Source: Lingula anatina
Taxonomy: Eukaryota; Animalia; Brachiopoda
Length of the DNA: 64,000 bases
Assembly (NCBI GenBank): GCA_051362555.1
Contig: CM120641.1
Location: forward strand, 46,940,401 to 47,004,400
Direction of reading: 5' to 3'
Shown here piece after piece: positions 50,401 through 62,300 of the stretch. Both the position numbers and the translations under genes were made by a program. Position 1 is the first letter of the stretch. Each line of letters begins with the position of its first letter. The notes beneath the pieces were generated by a model that was not told the DNA's origin, did not search any database, and saw only the letters and a program-made list of their open reading frames with translations.

Positions 50401-53400
50401 GTGGCTCCCTGGCCAAATCCGACTCCTTTGTATTGGATGTCTTTCAGAGGCGAATCATCAACCAATGTTAGAGTTCCGCTTATTCTGTGTGGGTGACTCG
50501 TGTAGGCGTGTGACGGCTCAAGGCGGCCGTCTGGTAGTGTGACATCGTAAGTACGAAGCATGCACTGTGTGAAAGCCTCGAGACCCTGACTGTTTCTTGC
50601 CTTGACCGTCCAGTAAAGAGGGATTCCCCCAATCATCATTTGAGGAACTGTGAGCGGTGACCCTCCCATCTCTGTCCAGTCGCTGACGTCAGTGCCACCT
50701 GGATGACTGCCGATAGCGTAAAACATTTTGACGTCACTCACAGGATCACTACATGTGGCTTCGAGAATAAAGGCAGGGTCGGTGTAGTCTCGACCACTTA
50801 GCTGTTTCACGGTACAACCCGAGTCAGAATTCCATCTTTTCTTCCTTCTGTTGTAAGTGTTTGGCCCAAATTCTGCCGGAGACTCGTCTTTATCTTCCAT
50901 AGGAAAATCGAATATATTGCGTCTGATTGGATCCATTTTGTATTCCCACACAGTACCTTCGAAAACCGTCACCCGTGTAAAAATCAAAAACACTTGAACA
51001 AACGCTGTTAGTTTCACTCTCAGCGGGACAAGTTCAAGGTCCATCCTTCCCCTTAAAAATAATATTTCTATATGTACTGTGATAAACGAAAATAAAGTCA
51101 TTTATTTAAAGTAAATGGACTGTCCTACAGTAACCGGAGTATATCATAACACATGGATTATTTCATTGTTCCCAGATTTAAACGTGATGTCATTTTTTAT
51201 TTAAAGAGGGGCATGAGGGAAAAACGTACATTGATTGTTTTGTTATTATCATTAGTTACCAGATAAATAGAAAAATAAAGGAAATTCTAAAAAGGTAATA
51301 AAAAGTGCCACTTTGTGATAGTATCATTTTAATACTTACCCTACTTTTATTGGAAACTTTGAAAAGCCAAGAGTACCAGTTATAGGAAATCTAGTCTCCA
51401 ACAAGTACCCGGTTATCTTAATTCCAGCTCGAACTAAGAAAAGGTCAATCGCAAGAGAACCCCAGACTTTGCCGCCTACCCATGGTATGACCTTGACCTG
51501 TAAATATACCCTGAGGCAGTTAGACTCTTTAACCTAATCCTTTCGCGGTGTTTATTATTCAGTAAATTTTAAGGCTGTTTTGGGTAACTTTGAGAGGTAT
51601 GTCTTATTGCTTTATGCAAAGTTGTATTAGAGTTTTATTTTACAAGATGCGTATCAAAATCATAATAATAATGAATTATTACATAAAAAAACTTACATTC
51701 GCTTTCATACTCATGAGGCACGCTCCAACTGATATCCTTATGCCGACCGCTCCTCCAGCTCCAAATTCTAAGTAAGCAGAGAAGTTTTTTGTATGATAAT
51801 TATAAATGATTGGGTGCAGAATCTATTGACTGTATGTATGGAGAATCCAACTATAGAAACACAAGGCATGAATACTCAGTACTTTAACCCGAAGAGCACT
51901 TCGATTTAAAATATAATGCCGAAACCCATGTCAGATCTTTCACAAATTTCATATTGATGTTTACATGTAGAATTCTTAAATAGTCCTTCTAGAACAGTAT
52001 GACGGCCTCTTTGGATCAAAGTCCACTTCATTCCAAAATAGCTGTAATGTTGTCTATTTATCAGAATGAGTGATCTGACGCTTTTAAGAAACATCATTCT
52101 GATCGGACCTTTGCTTTTTGTAATCGCAAGGTCTGTAAGTAAATTTACTAGTTACGTACCTAAACGCAGAGGAACGGGTCCAATCATAAAGAGGGGAGAT
52201 ATTTCGAAAAATGGTATATCGATTGTTGGTATTGGTATGTCGCCATCAAAACAGAAGTCAGCCGACGCAGGGAATTCCCCTTTTCCAATTTTCAGCAGAA
52301 GTCCAGGGTTTTTCATGACCTGCACGAAAGAAGTTAAAGCGATGTAATGACACGTAGGCATATTTGACATGAGCATACGTGCATGCAGTATTTTTCAAAT
52401 ACTCAGTACTACCAGTAGCTGCAATAATGGATTTGGTTTGCGGATGTATGGTGCAACGAATTTAATCCTTACTGGATAAATGTAATGCAGTAACCGATGG
52501 TAAATTATCAACAATACTTACTGCATCAAGTATTGCGCTGCGAAGTTCGTTCATAAATGTCAACAATTCTCTCCTATTGCCAACGTTTAATTGAAGTAAG
52601 TCGTCCACAAAATATTGGAGTCGCATACTTCGAACCCGATCTTCAGTTCCGTCATATTCAACTCCTTCAGTAAACAAGAGTTACACATGTACATTCAAAT
52701 CAGGGCGTGTAAGGTATTTAATGTTAAAAAAAAAGATAACAACGCTCTTTTCAGTTTCGTAGGGTGACTTTAAGAGCGATATATGAATCGTTCAACATCT
52801 GAAGAATACATTTCGTTCGTAAAATACAATGTGTGAGATATTCTGTGCCTTACCTGGCTTGCACAAAACGTCTGGGGAGCTCTCCAAGTACAGGTGTTTG
52901 AACAACTCTATCGTCTCCGTACATGTTGGATAGTACGCAGAACACACCGACATCTCCGCTGTTACATCAACCTTATTGCCTATCCTGCTGACGTGTGCTC
53001 GAATTACAAGAGTGAAGTCATCAAATGCCCCAAATGGTCGAATAATATCTATATCATCGCTTCCTGCAAAGAGGGGTATTCAGGACGTGGAGCAGTGGCA
53101 AATACAGTTTTTTTTCTAACGTAACTTTATATTGTCTGCACAGTCATACCACATTTTAAATATTTGGAAACAGCTTTGAACTCACCTTGTATATCAAAAC
53201 TTGTTGTATCATTGTCAATTTGAACATCAAGTTTCCGACTACATGTATTCAGCCGTATGTCGAACTTGATGACCTTCTTGATGAAGATAAATTTGACCAG
53301 CAACCCGCATGTCAGTCCCTGGCAGTCTCTGTGGGGCGTACAGAAGTGACCAAAGCCTCTGGCTATACCACGTTTGATATTTGGGCAGACTGAGGCCATT

Positions 53401-56400
53401 TGCAAAAATTACAAAACAAAAAGTACAATTAAAGGTTATTCGACATATATCTGTTTTCTTCATATTCAACTCACCCTTTAACCAAAAGGGGGATATTTTA
53501 TTTGATCTATTTTAAGTTACCAAAACACTCATTGTTCATCGCTTTTATCATAAACACCGACCACCAATATTTTTAACCATTTATGAAAACAATGTACCCT
53601 ACCTCCATCTGGTATTTCTATGTACCGCATAACCAACTGATCAAACGACCCTGAAGAATCTTGACCTCTTTTTTGCAGCATGTACTTCAGTCTCCGTGGA
53701 GAGAAGTTTTCAGGATGCTCTAACTTGTTTGTGCGGATTAACTCGGCTAAGGCTTCCACGTATCTCTCAACTTTTTGCTGTTTTTCTGATAGCCTGCTGT
53801 CTTTTAGTGTTAATAAGACATGGCGTATATTGAAAGAATTAACGTCAATCTTGTCAAGAATGCTCGGTGGTTTCTTATTGCTGTAATCGAAGAAAGTTAT
53901 TTAGTTTGCTACACACACACACACACACACACACATTATATGTAACAAATGCATTGATTATACAAATGAAGGGAGGAGCGAGAGAAATAATTACAACAAA
54001 TTGCCTCTTGGGCATCTATACCTACCCAGAGAAGTCTATTAGCTGACCCAGGTCTCCAAATGCACCCAAGGCGTCTCCAAAGCTGTTCGCCAAAGCTTTT
54101 GTTGCACCCTCATCCATCCCTTCTGGTCGATATGGCGGTTCTGGATCAGGGGTCTTCTTTATGAATTCATCAACTCTTTCTTTGGCATGGCGTTTTACAT
54201 CTTCTACAACTTCCTGGGCATTTTCGGGATCAGTAATGGAATCTGTGTCAGAGGTTTGCCCTATGTGTTTCAAACTGAACTCGTTGCACTTCTCAATCCA
54301 CTGTGGAACTGGGACAACCCTCTCTATGTATGGTGTTGGGTCGACATACTCATAGTCATCGTCAGATGATTTTGGCCGGTTAGACCTTTTACGCATCGCA
54401 ACGTGAATGAAGTTTGGATCACATTTAGAGGACAGAGCTTTACCAATTGTATCTCCGGCACTTATCACAGTTGTACCGGTTTCTTTAATGCCTCTGATAG
54501 GTTTAATGTTACTCACGATTATTTCAAATTTCACAAAGTCTTGTTCACTTGGTTCAATTAGGACCTCCGTGGCACTGCGACGTCTCACATTGCCCGTAAC
54601 AGGACACTCAACCTATGAAACAGGGGTATTAATTATAACAGCAGACCCCAACCAACATCCTAAAAGTAGTTTCTATTCTGTCGCATGACAGGTAAACAGT
54701 GGGCGTTGGTTTACCACGCCAGTCATTGGTCATGGAAATGAGAACGCCTTGAATTAACACGAACAGTCGATATACCGCGGTATATCTACACGTCCACGAG
54801 GCTGGGTAAATACTGAGTGAACTTCTTTGAAAGTCTGTCAAAATATTCCTATGTGTTGGATTATGCCCCTATTTCACACAGACCACGAATCCCACGAATC
54901 GCCACCCAGCAGGCAAACGACATTGATTCTACGTTGATTCAACGTTGAACCACCAAAACTGACGTTGATTTAACGGTGAATCAATGTCGTTTGTCTGCTG
55001 GGCAGGAATTGATAAATTTCAAGATTCGTGAGGATTCGTGAGATTTTGCCAATTTTCTGGTCTAATTTGACACGCTTGACGATTCAGTTACGATACAGGT
55101 GCGATAGTGTTACAAATATTCGTGGTATTCGGCTGGATTCGGGAGATTTTGCCAATTTTCTGGTCTAATTCGACACGTTTTACGATTCAGTTACGATACA
55201 GGTGCGATAGGGTTACGAATATTCGTGGGATTCGGCTGGAATCGCACGAATATTGTCCAGAAATTCACTAAGATGTCTGGGGCACATATATAGCAGTCTG
55301 TTTTCCAGCTGTACATTATGGAAAAGAAAGCCCTCAAAATAGTATTTTCATTTTTTTGGACATCTCAGGGATCATCACGGCTTCGTCGCAAATTTTCATA
55401 GGCAAAGAAAACGGGTTATTGTGTGTAACCATCGTTTCCGTTTTCAAATTCAGTACAGTGTCATATCCCATACACGTTGTCCGAAACCGCGCAAAATTTA
55501 ACAATGAATACAATTACAAACAGGCTCAAAATACTGACACCGTTGTAAACTTAAGATTGGATAACTTGTTGATATTTCTTTCCAGATTGGTGGTCAAACT
55601 ATATACACTTTGCGGCATTAAGTTTTTCAACTTTTCAACCTAACTACAAAAGCGGCAGTATTCAGGAAGCCAAAGACACACATACGACTCACCTTGCTAT
55701 TTCTTCCTCTCATCACGTCTATCCCGGGTAAAAGCTTCCCGTCCTTCCCCTCGTATGGGAACTTGCCACATCCACACCCTTTATCACAATCACTTCTGTG
55801 AGACGGAAACTGGGCGTGAAACTTTGGGCCAAACAGCTTCATAACGATGGATTTTCCTTTTTCAACCCTTTAATGGGTTTGGAGAAAACAAAAGGACAAG
55901 CCGACGTTCAATGCGGTTAATAATCAATTCAATTAAAACAATTAAACGTGATAACTGATATATTAGGCAAAATCACAAAATATTACGTTTGTTGAAGGCA
56001 TTGTGAAATATAATGCTGGAAGGCCAATTATAATTTATAATCATTCTGAAACGTATACATCTACTGACACATCTATCTATCTATCTAACTTTATACTGGG
56101 TATTAAGTACTACGAAACATTAACCACTTCATACTTACGTTGTACGTATTTGATGGTAAGCGGATTTCACGCCGTCTACTACCTCCATTACTGCGTTATA
56201 GGCATCTAAGAACGGTTTGGATGTATTCACAATGCCCTCAAATGGTCTCAGAAGAATCTTAAACTGTGCTAAAAACGCTTGGATGATTAGTGTCTCTTGT
56301 TCTTCCTGTGAAAATAAGATAATATGATCAGTTGATCAATTACTGCATGTGCATGTATCCATGAAGCATTTCAGTTGGTTTAATAAAATTATGCAAAGAC

Positions 56401-59317
56401 ATCCTAAATTATATTTACCACAGCTGGTATTCCATCTCCTTTCCCAACATTTCGTTTCCGATAGGCAGTAAAACCATATCCTCTAACTCTCGTGAGAAAT
56501 GCTGAGACCTCTTTTACGGCGTCTTTGATGTCATCCATGAGGTCAGTGAATTCCTCTCCAAGATTCATCCAGTAAGGCATCTTCCCTGAAAAACGCTTGT
56601 AAATAGAGAAGGAGGCTGGAAGAGGGAAGGAGCAGATTTAAAAGATTCAAGATAATTCTTACTAATAAAACAACCCCCGTTTTGAATATTTGTTAAACGA
56701 TTTAATTTGCCTAGATCCTTCTATACGTACCTGAGAGGAAAAAGCAAGATTCCTCAATTTTGATCTTGGTCCCTATAACCATGGAAATAGACAGCTTTAT
56801 TCTGTAACCAAAAATAATAATCATACTTAATATATATTCGAATGTAGTTCAATTTGTATACTCATTCGCGTCTTTATTCTTTATCAGTGCGGAATAATTT
56901 TAATCAATTCTTCATTACAACATATTACACTTACTTCATTATAGCTTTCCCTATATTTGAAAGGGCTCCCATTGGGTTCTTAAAGAGTGATTGCACTGCC
57001 TTGACAATCAACTCTATGGCTTCAGCCATTGTTTTAGCTGTGTATGGTAGATTAACAGTGATTGCATCAACAACTGCCTGCAAAATAACGTTCATTTTTT
57101 AAAACATTTTACAGTAGATTGCCAGATCATATCTTAAACAGCAGTTTCTATTTCAGACAAGTCTCAATAACATAAAGTTAAATATATAAACGTGTTTTTC
57201 AGAAATGAAATGGGTCAGTCTCTTTTGTTAACAAAGAATTTAAGTTTTCTTAATAGGAATTGTTAAATGGAAGGAAAACTAATGCACTTTAAAATCAGAT
57301 TAAACAGTCAAGCTAAACTTACATTATAAAAGCCAAGGATGTCTGTTTGAACATCTTCAACAAAATGTCGCACTCGCCGAACGACCTTTTTCATGGCTGC
57401 TATCCAGGGCAAACCCTCGTAGTCACTGATCTCGAGCACAAATTGCTTCAGATTTTCTAGCAATTCTTTCACAGCATCAGGCAGGTTTCGTATGGCTTCC
57501 ACGATTTTGTTAAATAAACCTTGTAAGCTTAACCCTCTGCCTTTGAACATGCTGATTACTTTCTTAAAGGCATTGATGGCTTCGATAATAGGAAGACGAA
57601 CGCTGTCAATGAGGTTGTCAAAGAGGTTTGCCAAATCTTTAATGTCGTTGATCCCAAAATCCTAGAAAAAAGTGTGTGCAATATAGTGCTCTTGCTTATA
57701 CAGGTAGATGGATACAAAAACGGTTAATTCACTGCGTATACATATGTAAAGAGTAAAAGTCCTGAACAAAATCCCAAAAGAAGGTCATATCACCATACTC
57801 GATGATTTTAACGCTAAAGCAGGATTTGACCACAAGACCTATAAAGGAACTATTGGGTATTTTGGAAAAGATGAAATGAACAGCAATGGAGAGCCTCTGC
57901 AGAGGCAACTCAGTATCACCATTACTTTATTTTTGCAGCAAGATCAAAACTATTACTCATGGCGACACCCTCGATCAAAGCACCCACACCTGCTGGACAA
58001 GGGATCCCTGTACACAAATCTATGAGAGGTCCTTAATGCTACACGGATCACCAAATGGTCAGAGCCCCCCTTCAGACCAGGAGTGTCGCTACCACGACGC
58101 AAGTAAGCTGGCAGTGCAGCAAAGAGACTTAATGTACGTTTCCAAGTTGAAATCAATCGAAATTCAGCAGTCACTAGCAAGTGCAATAGATAATGCCATC
58201 CTAGACCAAGATCACATGACGTATTCAAAAAAAAAAAAAAAAAAAAAAAAAACACTGGAACCAGCTTAAATTAGTGAATCAGAAACTTGCTCTCGAAAGC
58301 TTGCAGTCTTGGATATCCCGAAAGGAAAAATCAAGACAAGAACATGATTATTGCGTGCAACAATTTACAGAGCAGAATGGAAAAGCCCACAGTGAACATA
58401 CAACAAGAGGCGAGCAAACCTTCAAAGAAAGCTCAACTGCAGAGAAACTAGAATAAATAGAAATGTATAAAGGCAACAAACAGACATAGTTGGAGATATT
58501 AGCAGATAAAAATGGCTAACAAGGTTTATTTACTAGTCTGAAAGCCATCTATGGGCCAAAATCCAGCAAAACTGCACCAGTTAAACACCCTTGAGGGAAC
58601 CATAACATTCAGCAAAAAAGACCGAATTAGTGGAAGACGGGAAAAAACTCCAAACCCTCCTAAACCAAAAGAGCAAAATACACGCTAAGGCCGTCGAAGG
58701 TCTTGTCAGAAGACCAGTCAGAGAAGACCTATGCTCTTCAATAACACAAACGGAACTACATTAAGTAACAAAAACACAATGTACATAAAGTAATGAAAAC
58801 CACAAAAGAAGAAACATATTACCAGACTCTCAGTGCAGCTTCAGATCAGGTAGAAGTAGGGTAGATATGGTGTTCAATTTAAGGCAGCTGCAAGAAAAAT
58901 CGAGTTCCAATAGCATCTCTGCATAGTTTACTTAGAATTTTAAAGGCCTTTGATACGGTAGAATGGGAGTTCCTATCGAAGGTATTGGGCACACATGGTG
59001 CACCCAAAATCATCATCGGACGAGATACGAGTGACACCTTTCAGGTCAGTCGCAGAGTGAAACAAGAATGTATCATAGCAACCATATCCCGTTCACATGC
59101 CATACAAACAAAATGGCAGCTTGGCCAATTAACTTGGTCTAATACACCCCCTATATAATTACACATGCCATACAAACAACTGAAAGCTTAATTAATTAAC
59201 TTGGTCAATTAACGTGCTTTTTATGCTGTTAACAATGCAAAGACACCATTAGGACTGGGCCCAGCCAGACCCTAATTAGGATTGGGTCTGGGCCTCTTAG
59301 GAATAGGACTAGATAAG

Positions 59318-59356
<39 letters not shown>

Positions 59357-62300
59357 GATGATGAATAAGTACAGGACACACTAAAAATACCGTGAGAAAC
59401 GTACATTTTTATCATTTACATTGTTTATCATTAAGACAACCACATATAATAGACCAGCGCACGTGCACAGGTGTATGACACTTTTTTCGATGGATTCACT
59501 AACGGACTCTGCATATCTCTTACATATTTCCATGAACAAATACAATAACCCCGTTACCTTTAATATGTTGAGGTCATATTCAATAAAGCCGTGGTAACAT
59601 GCCAAAGCTCTGAAAATATCAACTTGGAGGTTCAAAAGTCCTATATGTGCTTCAACAAAGGCCGTATTGTAACTGTCCAAATCAAAGAAACCCGACAGGA
59701 AACCTAAAACAAAATATATTGAAAAATAATTCAAGTGTTCAAAATTCGTTTAAATAAAACGGGTGCTTAATGTTATTGGTTTCAAACTCTGGCGTAACAT
59801 CCACCTTAGAGAAAAGCTAATTAGCAAATTTTATTTTGTGAGACAATAGGTCCGCAAAATAGGGTGAACACACTATACCTGCGTACGTCAGCAAATTGTA
59901 TCTTAAAGATCAGATGTCACCAATGTTGTAGAATGCCACATTACCTAATTTCAGCTCCATTTTGTTCCTAATCTCCAATCCAAAGCTTGCTCCTATTTTG
60001 TCATTACCAATTTCTTTTCCCCATTTAATGCCTGGTACCTCTAATTTGAAGCTGAGTGCCTTAAGAATGTCATCCAAAACACCCCTCTTCAAGCGCATGA
60101 CAGTGTGATACGTGTATTGTTTGCTGGAATACAAATATTCACTCTTTTTATCAGAGATAAAAATGTAGCGGTGAGTTTATCGATTTAGATATATTTGGAT
60201 TAAGATATAAATCACATTATAAATAAATACAAAAATTACCCCAAAATAATGTCATGTTGCTCTCTTGTGACATTTTGCGTCTCGGATGGACGTTGTAGGC
60301 AGCGTATGCCTTTTCCCGAACCAAGTCGATTCCGTCATTTACAGCTAAATCAATTAGGGCGGTGGCACTCTAAAATAGTTGTAGTAAAATGAAGTTTAGT
60401 ATTTCGACATGAAATTTACCTCTTTATTACTTGAAGATATACAGTGGTAGATAATATGAGTTGACTGCAGTAAATGAGTCATTCATTTGTCAACTCAAAA
60501 TTACTAACATAATTTAAACAAGCATCAAGCATGATTAATATAACCAATCTGTATAGGATTTTAACTCATAGATTTTGTAAAAGAATGCATAAAACCCTGG
60601 AAACAACTGTCGTTTATAACTGTACATGTACCTTATGACAAGTGTAGGACCTAAGTGCGTTCACAGCAGTCCGCCGCCAAGCTGGGTGTCCCATGTTGGG
60701 TTTAGCATACGACAGGATATGATCTATTGACGAAGGCGAGCCTGCGTTACCAATTGCTTCCAGCAGCACCATTTTAGTGACTTTCTGGTGGTGTTCGGTT
60801 CTGTTGAAGAATGTCGGAGATCGACGACCACGATGGTGGGGCGGGGACAGTGAACCTACAAACATGGCTGGTTATCGTATGTGTAATAATTGACACAGAT
60901 TTGTTGCTTTGCAAAGTGAAGATTGTCTCGATGAAGTATTAGATGAATGATTTATTGCTTATAGGGGCGTTCAATCCAATCACACAAACACTAACAGATT
61001 AATGATTAAAAAAGCAGATGTATTTTAAAGATGTAACTGTTCTATTGTATTTTGTTTATATTGATTTGCGTATTTGGGTTTCTTTTTTAAAACTTTTATG
61101 TACATATATTAATTAAATATTACAAAAGTAAATAATATCTTTCATGCGCAGGTATTTACTGTTCAATCGCTGCTTCGACCAAATGCTCACCAGGGCAGAG
61201 GAGAGAGAGAGAGAGCATACCTTCATCGTGTTGCTCCAGCCAGTTTTCCAGGTGTGCCACAAGATTTTCTGCACTCAGGTGGTTGGTCTCATTGGTATAC
61301 CTCGCAAGACTACCAACGGCAAGGCACGCCCGTCTTTCGTTCTTGGTTACATTGATATGTTTTCCTGATAAATAAGAAAACAATCATCTGTGTGAAGGTC
61401 TGTAGAAACTGTGTACATGGTAAATCTATGCAACTTCATAAAATTAAAGAATTACATCTCATCTTTTTTTTTCTTTTGTCTTATACCCGGTACATACCAT
61501 TGTGTCACTAGCGAAGTTGTTTCATGCGGTTTTCATATTCACAAGGCTATTTTTTTCAGCTACTTACGAAGCAGGGCAACAACCTTGCTTGGGTAAGAGA
61601 ATATATCAAAGGTATTTCATCTTCATGTACGGTAAATGTAAACATTAAAAGTGGTGCATTACCTATATTTTCCTTCAGTGGTCCAAAACAGAGTTTGGCT
61701 ACTGTTGAAATAAGATCCTGCAAATGCATGGTACAGCGTAATGAGTGTGATACATAACTAACCATTAATGGTTGTTTTTTATTTTATTATTTTTATTTTT
61801 TTACAAATGCAATCTTGTATAAAAGAATCAGGTAATATTTTGAACAGAAGTTTAAAAGCCCTCATTTTAAACATTGTTCAATTCAAATCCATATCATATA
61901 TATCTGCATAATTCTAATTAGGTGCAGTGCCTGCACGGTGAAACTGCTACCTGATTTCATGATTACTCACCGAAGTCGGTGACTTTAAGGCATGCATATG
62001 GTACATCGTGCGTTGGATCTCCTCCTCGTGTAGGTCGACTACACTAAGAACATGTTGCACAATTAACTGCTGAGCCTCCTTGGTCTCCAGACGGATGATC
62101 AAGTCGATGAACAGGTGGCGGTCATCTTGACATACAGTATCATTGACTGGACATCGGTCCTTAAGATACTGCTCCCCAAGTTGCACCAAGTCACTGGGGC
62201 TCAACTGCTTTAAATGTTTTCGAAGAGTTACCACACAATCAACCCTCCCCGCTGCATCTGTTTAAAAACATAAAAGTAACATCATAGGTTTAACGTCTCC

